From the NCBI GenBank assembly GCA_965223215.1, contig CBDCVZ010000010.1, positions 6,912,453 through 6,976,452 of the forward strand: a stretch of 64,000 nt of DNA. The letters are read 5' to 3'. Numbering within the stretch: the stretch's first letter is position 1; every line of letters begins with the position of its first letter. Below are positions 37,601 to 46,705 of this stretch, one piece after another. The translations under genes and the position numbers were made by a program. This DNA comes from Saprospiraceae bacterium. Its GTDB lineage: Bacteria; Bacteroidota; Bacteroidia; Chitinophagales; Saprospiraceae. The notes under the pieces were generated by a model. It was not told the DNA's origin and did no database searches. It saw only the letters and a list, made by a program, of their open reading frames with translations.

Positions 37601-40023
37601 ATGGTCAAGTGGTGGTGAACTGTGCCCAAGCGATCCAGTGTGAGCAGGAAGTGTGGTGTGAATTTGACCACTGTGGACAGGGGTATGTATTCCGTAAGTG
37701 GAAATTTATCCAAGGCTGTCCGCCGGATGAAAACGGACACTACAGCACCCCGCAGAATCACAAGGATACGATTACCCGCAAGCAGTTGATCTGGGTAGGG
37801 AACAATTGTGAACTCCAGAAAGGGATGTTCTACAAGCCGCACGAGAAGACGGTCTACACCTGTGGCATCGAGTATGATGAAGCGGGCAATGCGATCGGAG
37901 CGCTACATCCAGATTCAGTAGGCAAGCCAGAATACATGTTTGATGACGATTGCCGCATTGTGGGGATTGGTCACACGGACAAAGTATTTAAAGTAGTAGG
38001 AGGGGATGAAGCATGCTACAAAGTGATACGAACCTGGCACTTTATCGACTGGTGTTACCTAGATAAGCCAGCGGATGATATTGCCTACTGGTGGTTAGAT
38101 CCCTACTATGAAGGGAAGACCTTTGATTGGGAGCAGAAGATCATCGTACAGGATACCGTACCACCGGTCTGTACCTTTGAGGAGGAACTCGAAGAGGTAG
38201 AGGCAGCGGGCTGTGCGTACACGTTGCGCCAGACGGTGAATGTGAGTGATCCTTGTGGCACGTTGAGTTACTACTGGGAGCTCAATGAGCTGAAAGGAGA
38301 CGAAGAGACTTTGGTAGACAGTGACGAAGGGGAGCTAGATGGGATTTCAGATAACTTTGAAATTGAAGTAGCGGATCTATTGACAGGCGACTACATCTTG
38401 AAAGTAAGAGTGACGGACGAATGTCAAAATGAATCGTACTGCATCGATGAGTTTAGTGTGATCACTGGCAAGAAGCCTTCGGCGATCTGTATCACCAGTC
38501 TGACGGCAGAATTGACGCCGATGGATTTGGATCAGGATGGCACGATAGACACGGCCATGGTGACCATCTGGGCGAACGAATTTGATCGCAGCAGTGCACC
38601 AGCGTGTGACAGCGAAGACGAAATCAGTTTCTATATCGAACTGATGGATGGCATCGATGATACGACGTTTGTAGAAGATGCAGACAGCTTAGTAGTAGGC
38701 TGTGAGCATGTAGGAACCCAAACCATTCGTCTCTGGGTGGTTGATGAAAAAGGATCCTTTGACTTCTGTGATGTCTTGCTCGTCGTGCAAAACAACATGG
38801 GCGGCTGCGAAGATATTGAAGGTGGTAATAACACCATCACCGGAGCCATCCAAACGGAACTTAATGAGAGCATTAAGAATGTACATGTTCAGGCACAGCT
38901 CGAAGATGGAAAAGTTCTTGATTACCTCACGACTGCTTCTGGAGCTTATGCCTTTGGTACAGCCCTTGGAGTAAAAGTGACAGTTAAGCCAACGAAGGAT
39001 ACTGATCATATGAACGGTATCTCTACGCTTGACCTCGTTAAGATTCAGAAGCATATTCTGGCGAAAGAAGTACTTCCAAGTCAATACAAAGAAATTGCGG
39101 CCGACGTGAACAACGACGGTAGAATTTCAACCCTTGATTTGGTTCAACTGAGAAAAATGATTCTCGGAAAGATCGATCGAATCCCAGATAATACTTCATG
39201 GAGGTTCTTTGATAAAGATGGAATGAAAGAGCAGTATGAGATCAATCCTGTTAACAATCCAATGCACATCAATTTTACTGGTGTAAAGATTGGAGATGTT
39301 AATGGTGATGCTAGTGCACAGGTATCTGCAGGAAGAAGTGCAAACCACTTAGTATTTGATGTAGATGATGTGGAACTAACGGCAAAATCTCAGTATGCAG
39401 TCAACTTCCGAGCTGGTAGCTTCAGTGACATCACTGGATTCCAGTACACGATGAAGTTTGATCCTAAAGTACTTAGGGTTGCTGACATCATCATGGGAGA
39501 AGCCATCGATATCAATGAAGAGCACTTTGGTATCAACAGACTGGCTGATGGAATCATCACCAGTAGTTGGAATACTGCCGATGCAGTTGATGTTGCGAGC
39601 TCTGAGGTTCTGTTTACACTTGTCATCGAGGCAGTGGGTAATGCTCAGTTGAGCGATGCACTGACGATCAATTCAAGTGTCACCAGAGCAGAAGCTTACA
39701 ATAGCGCTGACAAAGTGTCAAATGTTGCCTTGAGTTTCAATAACAGTGGTTTGGCCGCCGATGAATTTGCGCTATTCCAGAATAGTCCAAATCCATTTAC
39801 TGAGCTGACAACCATTGGATTTAACTTGCCAGAAGCGGATGATGCCACAGTCACGGTATATGACGTTACGGGTAAGGTAATTCACGAAACCAGTGGTGAA
39901 TTTACCAAGGGGTACAATGAGATTCAGATTAAGAAGTCTGATCTAAGTACCAATGGAGTCATGTACTATCAATTGGATACGGAAGCCTTCACGGCAACCA
40001 AGAAGATGATCCATATAAGATAA
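34642..40023 (+). CDS. giant (1793 aa) Cys-rich cell-surface protein with HYR-like modules, dockerin-like repeats, cohesin-like domain and T9SS type-A C-terminal sorting domain
   Basis: Signal sequence ending VSAQ. Repeated D-T-x-P-P-x-x-C / FDxGSWDNC / C-x-V-x-V-x-D motifs resemble HYR/adhesin modules. Dockerin-like EF-hand pairs are MNGISTLDLVKIQKHIL and DVNNDGRISTLDLVQLRKMILG. Cohesin-like FQYTMKFDPKVLRV is present. The CTD is FQNSPNPFTELTTIGFNLPE...VTVYDVTGKVIHE. Confidence 0.85.
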   Translation: MKKTSFTSSDYSCWLPGGSTRSGSPWKYLQIALFVVLGAIGVSAQVGPNCTHINASIGFDDTARVTVAELVTNIDAIAAQGDSVNIEITGEYGQRIFYVENVGPTYEIALHACRYLGRQLKVNVTIFGGGGSCWSYLTFKQGNAPVIIGRSKTVYCFDPLVQGGHIHGIPPLAMVPCRGTEDATFVADWIDARACIADSLGTAGNDTAKIILREYEAYDKEGRRGSGFDTIIVVRLPQITVDNAFCPERDTVYCGTGGKLGPYMVVGRTFQYGDTMMMGANADIDRYQAVSFVRTEYNESTGQLEFYANEFDPKCGIAVHVDAWPLSQGECVSQYKVNVEVKQSCYGTPGLYTMLGASNINDFVDTYHPKHWDYSRNSSLGSINYGVTNVGALTSAFNGTTNNLNPDIKLINNMGAMDVTLASGAGSGEYARMCINVPQDGDFTFTIVSNTDAMNGGYRLNGDFVPMAAGTYTLSLEACDEICFDVRGTTSGGVETSTTMMVNGLMWVETAIAAPLDSIAPGYWRCEFWVVDLDTLPPIVECEPEAKVTNEDLLLGPNQDTLLIPAGSHDCASHSYVPPVRVEDDWSGVKYVKVIIPGISTVVMERSAEDPDLFESHKQVKIPHGPTMPIYYEAYDSCHNLGRDTCWVKVKDLTKPVAVCDKGVTVSLSGKKVWVDAYTFDEGSWDNCEINLLLARRADWWDACVDLCDSFHVACYSDDEYHHDTLWCADLEEDKHKDEVEAHYYKTMKWLKEDQRECSDILWNAWKYDLCKKYMLECIDHPYDFDEHEFKRLFKELNCVEEFEGITTITDELIDQWDQIGGGWSDAVPFDCDDACEEVVVELLAMDYWCNWSRCWTYVLVEDKTPIQIVHDVQDKEISCAGYKDDIYEYPNVIHPVSIEWIIDAAKEGDEVALAKLDEIFGGYQKVWRDEYGNVPEVDTAYFYDQECICSTFVKQEKVYDDHLGYIWKEYEYDSCWVDTVHHEAYYGQVVVNCAQAIQCEQEVWCEFDHCGQGYVFRKWKFIQGCPPDENGHYSTPQNHKDTITRKQLIWVGNNCELQKGMFYKPHEKTVYTCGIEYDEAGNAIGALHPDSVGKPEYMFDDDCRIVGIGHTDKVFKVVGGDEACYKVIRTWHFIDWCYLDKPADDIAYWWLDPYYEGKTFDWEQKIIVQDTVPPVCTFEEELEEVEAAGCAYTLRQTVNVSDPCGTLSYYWELNELKGDEETLVDSDEGELDGISDNFEIEVADLLTGDYILKVRVTDECQNESYCIDEFSVITGKKPSAICITSLTAELTPMDLDQDGTIDTAMVTIWANEFDRSSAPACDSEDEISFYIELMDGIDDTTFVEDADSLVVGCEHVGTQTIRLWVVDEKGSFDFCDVLLVVQNNMGGCEDIEGGNNTITGAIQTELNESIKNVHVQAQLEDGKVLDYLTTASGAYAFGTALGVKVTVKPTKDTDHMNGISTLDLVKIQKHILAKEVLPSQYKEIAADVNNDGRISTLDLVQLRKMILGKIDRIPDNTSWRFFDKDGMKEQYEINPVNNPMHINFTGVKIGDVNGDASAQVSAGRSANHLVFDVDDVELTAKSQYAVNFRAGSFSDITGFQYTMKFDPKVLRVADIIMGEAIDINEEHFGINRLADGIITSSWNTADAVDVASSEVLFTLVIEAVGNAQLSDALTINSSVTRAEAYNSADKVSNVALSFNNSGLAADEFALFQNSPNPFTELTTIGFNLPEADDATVTVYDVTGKVIHETSGEFTKGYNEIQIKKSDLSTNGVMYYQLDTEAFTATKKMIHIR

Positions 40024-40049
40024 TATGTCTGAAGCATGAGTGGTGATTT

Positions 40050-40084
40050 GGCCATCCCGAGTAATCGGGATGGCCTTTTTTTTG
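40050..40084 (+). terminator. rho-independent terminator after the giant gene
   Basis: 11-bp perfect stem ggccatcccga/tcgggatggcc, 4-nt loop gtaa, then 9 T. Confidence 0.8.
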
Positions 40085-40215
40085 TTTTGAAATAGTACCT
40101 TGGGGTAGACAGTCTCTTTTGTGACCTAGCATGGCCTAGAGCGATCCATAAGTTTCTAACACGATGATGAAGCGTCCATGCTTCGTTTTCAATTTTCTAA
40201 TACAACCACCCCTTC

Positions 40216-40641
40216 ATGCCAACATGGAATTGTACACATCGGGTGATTACGATCGCACATCTTCATTCAGCGTGGAATTTTTTGTCAGATCTAACAAACC
40301 ACGCCGAACTGGACCCAGGAATTGATCGGATCGAACTCGATGGTCCTTTTACAACCGGTACCATTGGTAGAACCATCAGTGGTGATGTCGTTCAAGATTG
40401 GGTATTGGCAGAAGTAGTCCCTGACAAGCGCCTGATATCTGGCGTGACTCCCGACCACCAGGGCCTACTAAGTTTTGCCTGGCATTTTAAAGAGGCCAAG
40501 AATGGTTGTATGCTCACTTATGAAATTGCTGCTTTTGGTCCTGAAGTAAGTCAACATCTCCCGATGCTAGAACAAATGAAAGCGGATGCTTTCCAGGCGC
40601 TTTCCAAGCTTGTTAAGACACTAGACGGGCAGCTTGGTTGA
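40216..40641 (+). CDS. SRPBCC (START/polyketide cyclase-like) family protein
   Basis: 141 aa. The N-terminal beta-strand then helix pattern (VITIAHLHSAWNFLSDLTNHAELDP) and the length fit SRPBCC ligand-binding proteins. This is a family-level call only. Confidence 0.5.
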   Translation: MPTWNCTHRVITIAHLHSAWNFLSDLTNHAELDPGIDRIELDGPFTTGTIGRTISGDVVQDWVLAEVVPDKRLISGVTPDHQGLLSFAWHFKEAKNGCMLTYEIAAFGPEVSQHLPMLEQMKADAFQALSKLVKTLDGQLG

Positions 40642-40646
40642 GACAG

Positions 40647-40900
40647 CCATCCACTGATTCACCAGGGTAACATGGTTTTTATCAACCGTCACTTTTTTAG
40701 GGAGCATCCAGATGATCTAATTTGGAGGCTCAAGCTAATATCCTTTCTCCTCTGAAATTACAGTACCTCATATCAGGTTAGCGATGTCCTTAAGTGTGGC
40801 CTTTCCTTGGTCGCCAAAATCTGGGGCTTTGATCCGTGACTTTTGCTTCTTCAACGGTAATTACACCGTCCTTTGAGATTTTGCGGGAGGCATCAAATAT
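40647..40900 (-). pseudogene. groEL fragment (degenerate, internally deleted copy of part of the intact groEL at 42167-43804)
   Basis: By-eye alignment matches 40647-40830 to groEL nt ~42795-42978 (for example attcaccagggta, tttatcaaccgtcactttt, atatcctttctc.tctgaaattac, gcgatgtcct.aag, tggcctttc). 40832-40895 matches groEL ~43255-43320 (cttcaacggtaattacaccgtcctttga). Same orientation, roughly three-quarters identity, with indels and about 275 bp missing between the segments. Confidence 0.7.
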
Positions 40901-40989
40901 TTGCGGGCGGGTTGAAGCAAGCAAGAATAACGGTCTGAACCCTTATCCTGACTCGGCTGTGGATAGGGTCTTCAAGGTTCACAAAGGGA

Positions 40990-41229
40990 GGCTTTAAGCA
41001 TCATTCGTGAACTTGATGATTTAAGTAAGTCAAGATATATCCAGCAATTAACTTTGCTAGGGTTTAAGCTGGTCTAGGAGCATTAGATCAAGCCTTTGAA
41101 TATCTTGAAGAAACGCTTTCGAAAACGTGATTTATGTCTTCATTGGATTGACTTACATGCCCTTTGATGTTCGTGTCAAAAAATGACCCTAGATTTGAGA
41201 AGATACTTAATCGAAGTTGCAAAGGGTAA
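40990..41229 (+). pseudogene. frameshifted remnant of the C-terminus of a TPR-type protein
   Basis: Three different + frames read ...IIRELDDLSKSRYIQQLTLLGFKLV*, ALDQAFEYLEETLSKT* / DLCLHWIDLHAL*, and PLMFVSKNDPRFEKILNRSCKG*. Joined together they resemble the common ...AFEWLE.A...D..L.WL..DPlFd.lr.DPRF..ll.. C-terminal module. Confidence 0.35.
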
Positions 41230-41382
41230 ATTTATCCTCAGCTCTAGTGTAAACTCGAAGAAATATTAATTTTCGCAATTATAGCGGTTTATTAACTCGA
41301 GACATCTCGCTAGAAGTCAATAGTTTAGGCATTTCTTGATCACATGATTAAAACCCCGAAAGATCATGAATTCAAGTCGTGA

Positions 41383-42027
41383 ATGAAAAATGAACACTGG
41401 AAGATGAAGTTTGATGATAAGATCAATTCGATTATTGCACAATACCATGATCGAATGGAACACGAGGAATATTATTGGAACAATCTATCGATGGAGGAAA
41501 TGATGAAGCGGGAAGACGAATGGCTGCTTGCGGTTGGGCATGACACAGGAGTGTTTTTGAATTCCCTGGCTAGATCGTCGGGATCAAAGCGCATACTGGA
41601 ATTGGGAACTTCTTATGGCTATTCCACCATCTTTTTGGCAGAGGCAGCCCGAAATAATGGAGGTCATGTGTTATCGCTGGAGATTCACAAAGAGAAAGCC
41701 GTCTATGCCCGGCAAAAAATTAGGGAAGCGGGATTAGCTGATTTCGTCGAGATTGGGATCGGCGATGCCCTGGAGATCTTGCAAAATATTCAGGGGGACT
41801 TTGACTTCGTGCTGCTCGATATTTGGAAGCGATTCTACCTGCCATGTTTCGAATTGTTCTATCCAAAACTGAGAAAAGGAGCTTGGGTCATTGCAGATAA
41901 TATGTTGCATCCCCCAGATTTTAAGCCAGAAGCGATGGCTTATCGCAAGCGAATTCGCGAAACCAATGCGTTCGATTCCGTGTGCTTACCCATCGGAAGC
42001 GGTATTGAAACCAGCTTATTGAAGTGA
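41383..42027 (+). CDS. class I SAM-dependent O-methyltransferase (caffeoyl-CoA OMT-like, family 3)
   Basis: 214 aa. SAM-binding motif ILELGTSYGYSTIFLA is followed by the acidic loop LSLEI and DFVLLDIWK, as in family 3 O-methyltransferases. Confidence 0.75.
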   Translation: MKNEHWKMKFDDKINSIIAQYHDRMEHEEYYWNNLSMEEMMKREDEWLLAVGHDTGVFLNSLARSSGSKRILELGTSYGYSTIFLAEAARNNGGHVLSLEIHKEKAVYARQKIREAGLADFVEIGIGDALEILQNIQGDFDFVLLDIWKRFYLPCFELFYPKLRKGAWVIADNMLHPPDFKPEAMAYRKRIRETNAFDSVCLPIGSGIETSLLK

Positions 42028-42108
42028 CCTCCAACGAAATCCATTGGCCTTTTGGGAAAAAACCGAGTCGAGATCGCACTCCTTTGAGATTCAAGAAATT
42101 TCAATTCC

Positions 42109-42147
42109 AAAAAAAAGCCCTCGGAATAATCCAAAGGGCTTCTTTTA
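42109..42147. terminator. bidirectional terminator between O-methyltransferase gene and groEL
   Basis: Stem aagccct(cgg)/(cca)aagggctt is flanked by an 8-A run on the left (U-tract for minus-strand groEL) and cttttatt on the right. Confidence 0.55.
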
Positions 42148-42166
42148 TTGTGCCATGGTATTTTGA

Positions 42167-43807
<1,641 letters not shown>

Positions 43808-43876
43808 CTATTTTGATTTTAGTATTAAGTAAAAAGGTTTGCAATCCCAATCTTGCTGGGATCAAATTTGAATGGA

Positions 43877-44146
43877 TTACTTATCTAAGACAACCAAGAT
43901 GTCGTCTTCGCGCATAATCAAAAAGTCTTCACCTTCATAGGTGAGCTCTTGCCCAGCATATTTGCCGTACAGCACAATATCGCCTTCCGCGACAGTCATG
44001 AGATTACCGTCCTTTCCAGGACCAACGGCCACTACTTCACCTCTCTGTGGCTTTTCCTTGGCAGTGTCAGGTATAATAATGCCACCCTTCGTTTTCTCGT
44101 CAGCCGGAGCAGGTTTTACAACTACTCGATCATTTATTGGCTTCAT
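43877..44146 (-). CDS. groES: co-chaperonin GroES (Hsp10)
   Basis: 89 aa starting from the internal Met: [12 protein letters not shown]...[27 protein letters not shown]. It lies 72 nt upstream of groEL. Confidence 0.95.
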   Translation of the reverse strand: MKPINDRVVVKPAPADEKTKGGIIIPDTAKEKPQRGEVVAVGPGKDGNLMTVAEGDIVLYGKYAGQELTYEGEDFLIMREDDILVVLDK

Positions 44147-44327
44147 ACTAATCAGCTTAATTTTAATTGTTAGGAAAAATGGTTCATGTTTATGCTCATC
44201 ATGCCTGCACTTCTTGTGCCATTCGCATAAATCTGTCAATATTTCAGGACTCGCTGCGAATTTGACCCTTCGAGAAACTTTTTTCTAAAGAGGCCAGGAC
44301 AAATCTTGCCAAAATGGCAAGGCGAGC

Positions 44328-44357
44328 AAAAAAAAACCTGAAGTGATACCTCAGGTT
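44328..44357 (-). terminator. probable terminator after secG
   Basis: 7-bp stem aacctga/tcaggtt with a 9-nt loop. A 9-A run precedes it on the plus strand, which is a U-tract on the minus strand. Confidence 0.5.
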
Positions 44358-44389
44358 TCTCCGATAAATCTTTTTCGTTTTTAGGGTCT

Positions 44390-44650
44390 TTACTGAGAGA
44401 GTAGATTCTGCCCAGAAGGTCCAGATCCGACCATTAGTGTGGTGATGATGCACAATGCAAAAAGTGCAATGGCCAGTCCCCACGTAATCTTCTCAATGAA
44501 ATCGGTTGATTTGGCAGCGCCAAACATTTGGTTGGCACTCTGGCCGCCAAAGGTTGAGTCGACGCCTCCACCCTTAGGATTTTGAATTAGTACCGCAGCC
44601 ATCAAAATCAAGCTGACGATTGCGATCAAAAAAGTCATAACTGTTACCAT
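44390..44650 (-). CDS. secG: preprotein translocase subunit SecG
   Basis: 86 aa with two TM helices. The motif LIQNPKGGG is typical of SecG. Confidence 0.85.
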   Translation of the reverse strand: MVTVMTFLIAIVSLILMAAVLIQNPKGGGVDSTFGGQSANQMFGAAKSTDFIEKITWGLAIALFALCIITTLMVGSGPSGQNLLSQ

Positions 44651-44656
44651 ACGACA

Positions 44657-46156
44657 CTAGCTTTTTTTACCCAACTCCTCAATTTTCTGCGCAAAGAAAA
44701 TACTTTTTTCGGGAATTATCAAGCGGAGCTTTTGATACATCTCAATGGCCTTTTCGTAATGTCCCTGGGTTGCCAACAATTCAGCTAGGGCCTCAGACAC
44801 AATGGCCTCATCCGGTTGAAAGCTTTTCTTCCAAGCCTTCTTTTTCTTCTTTTTTTTATTCTTCTTTTTCTTTTTCTTCTTTTTCTTCTTGGTAGCTTTT
44901 TCCTTCTTCTCCTCGGTAACCGTCTCCGAATCGAGGTAGCGATTTGAAATCTTTTTGTCTAGCTTTTGGAGCCAATTGATAAAGGGATCGTCGTGATCTT
45001 CGGGCACCAAAGGCTCGATGTCCTCCTGCTCCGAATCGTCTTCATCCTGGCTGATCCGACCTTTAGGTACTATAGCGAGATTATTTACACCGTTGGATCC
45101 GCTGTCCTGTTCGAATTCATCAGTGCTAGCACCCGTCACAACATCGGTTTGTGCCTCTGATTGTGGGATTTCCCGCTTCGGATCGCCAACTTCACCGCTC
45201 AAGTCTTCCTCTTGTAAGACCACGGGTTTCTCAACGTCACCTGCATCAGGATCGAGTTGATCGCCTGGCTCCATAAGGGTCTCTTCGCTTTCGAGTGTGG
45301 CCTTATCATCCTGCTCGGTGTCGTCTTCTTGCCAATCGTCAGCGGCTAGCTCTTCTCCCTCGAACCAATCATCAGATGAATGGTGCTCGGAGTCTGACAA
45401 AACTGTAGACTCGACAGTTCCCTCATGGTCTTCAATGTCCTCACCTTCAGCCGTCTCATCATTGGTCACTTCTGCACGAAATTCAGATTCTGCCGCCTCC
45501 TTATCGGCCTCCCTCAACAAGTTTTCGAGTTCTTCATCAACCTCGAGTGGTTCTGATCTTTCGAGTATTTCATCCTGGAGAGTTTCCTCCCAGCTGCTTT
45601 CCTCATCACCATCTTGTGGTTGCTCAGGCTGATCGACTTCAGATCGGTCGTCCTCTTCTTGTTTTGCATCCATCTCAGTCTCAACCACGTCACTCCTTTC
45701 GGCGGCAGAGGTGTCATCATGGAGATCTGAATCTTCCGGAAAACTCTCACGAGAATAATCGATATCTGGTAGATCGGTCCGTTCGACCTCTTCCTCATGC
45801 TGGGATTCTAACACATCTAGCTCCTGGTGCTCTTCGTGTCTTTCTCTACTTTGTGATAGTGAATTCATTTGATCTTCACCGTAGGCATCTCGATGCTTCC
45901 GCACACTTTGAAGGCGGTTGACCCAAGCACCTAACTTTTTGCGATCGGAGATGTAGAGGGCCGTTCGTTCCAGCAGTTCAGCATTGACTATTCCTGTCTC
46001 CAGGTACTCCTTAATGGTCAAGATAAGATGCAAGTGGGAGCTATATGGAAAACGATTGATTTCCGTCTCAATCTCGTCTCTTGCTACCTCTTTAAGCGCA
46101 ATGGGATTACGCAGGTAGTATGCGAGTGATTTACCGTTAATCAAATTATCGTCCAT
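44657..46156 (-). CDS. highly acidic low-complexity protein with poly-lysine tract and TPR-like C-terminal helix pair (hypothetical)
   Basis: 499 aa. The structured-looking N-terminal ~90 aa is followed by a ~300-aa D/E/S-rich region, then KKEKATKKKKKKKKKKNKKKKKKKAWKK, then ALAELLATQGHYEKAIEMYQKL. It lies between the lptE-like gene and secG with 6-30 nt spacers. Confidence 0.6.
   Translation of the reverse strand: MDDNLINGKSLAYYLRNPIALKEVARDEIETEINRFPYSSHLHLILTIKEYLETGIVNAELLERTALYISDRKKLGAWVNRLQSVRKHRDAYGEDQMNSLSQSRERHEEHQELDVLESQHEEEVERTDLPDIDYSRESFPEDSDLHDDTSAAERSDVVETEMDAKQEEDDRSEVDQPEQPQDGDEESSWEETLQDEILERSEPLEVDEELENLLREADKEAAESEFRAEVTNDETAEGEDIEDHEGTVESTVLSDSEHHSSDDWFEGEELAADDWQEDDTEQDDKATLESEETLMEPGDQLDPDAGDVEKPVVLQEEDLSGEVGDPKREIPQSEAQTDVVTGASTDEFEQDSGSNGVNNLAIVPKGRISQDEDDSEQEDIEPLVPEDHDDPFINWLQKLDKKISNRYLDSETVTEEKKEKATKKKKKKKKKKNKKKKKKKAWKKSFQPDEAIVSEALAELLATQGHYEKAIEMYQKLRLIIPEKSIFFAQKIEELGKKS
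44837..44890. repeat. 54-nt polypyrimidine/polypurine tract (encodes the poly-Lys run)
   Basis: The plus strand is all C/T except one A at 44858 (cttctttttcttcttttttttattcttctttttctttttcttctttttcttctt). Confidence 0.9.
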
Positions 46157-46186
46157 TCTTCTCCTCCAAATTGAGCATGTCTCTAT

Positions 46187-46699
46187 TTACCAATTGGTAA
46201 AAGCCTTATTGAAAATGTCTTCTACCAATTGCTGAAATATAGTAGCAATAAGTTGGTCTTGCAAATCCAATAAATTGTCGTCCCGTGAAAAATCAGCATA
46301 AAAGGAAAAACTACTATCCCAATTATCTTCTTCGTCGATGCGTGACTCGTAGGTGATCTTGACGGCAATATCCAATCTGCTAAAGGCGGTGAATTCCCCT
46401 GGTTGAGGTGCTACTGCAGTAACTGAGTACCGAGTTACTTCTCCTTTAAAAGACAAATCAGGATCAATCTCTGCAAAGTTTAGCCTAGATTGATTCAACA
46501 ACTTCTGCTTGAGCGTCTCGCTAAACTGCTGGCCAATATCTGCCGGTGCAGTCGGAACCCTATTTGTCAATTCTGCCACATAAAAGGTTTGCGCCTCTGC
46601 GGGGATCGTTATACCTCGAAAGGAGTAACAACCCGTGAAAATGACCATACTTAGTACCATACATCCAATAAGCGTGCCTATGTTCTTCTCGTTAGCCAT
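46187..46699 (-). CDS. LptE-like lipoprotein (LPS assembly)
   Basis: 170 aa with lipobox FTGC. Its size and position between the sigma-54 activator and secG/groES match the conserved Bacteroidota neighbourhood containing LptE-family genes. This call rests on context more than motifs. Confidence 0.5.
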   Translation of the reverse strand: MANEKNIGTLIGCMVLSMVIFTGCYSFRGITIPAEAQTFYVAELTNRVPTAPADIGQQFSETLKQKLLNQSRLNFAEIDPDLSFKGEVTRYSVTAVAPQPGEFTAFSRLDIAVKITYESRIDEEDNWDSSFSFYADFSRDDNLLDLQDQLIATIFQQLVEDIFNKAFTNW

Positions 46700-46705
46700 A
46701 TTGCG

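Noticed and set aside
35046-37842. A run of ten minus-strand ORFs (65-148 aa) inside the giant gene, suggesting overlapping antisense genes.
   Set aside because: They lie entirely within one long sense ORF that has clear domain motifs. Their products are low-complexity (His/Pro/Arg/Ser/Thr-rich). They are explained by the sense strand avoiding TTA/CTA/TCA codons, which removes antisense stops.
44147-44390. A CIRCE/HrcA operator upstream of groES.
   Set aside because: The consensus TTAGCACTC-N9-GAGTGCTAA is absent. The only similar string (tcagcactctcgag, about 42866) is inside the groEL coding sequence.
45018-45921. Plus-strand ORFs (80-124 aa, Ser-rich) opposite the acidic protein gene, and similar antisense ORFs at 62037-62460 opposite tonB.
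   Set aside because: These are mirror images of Asp/Glu/Lys-rich low-complexity coding sequence. They have no independent start context or motifs.
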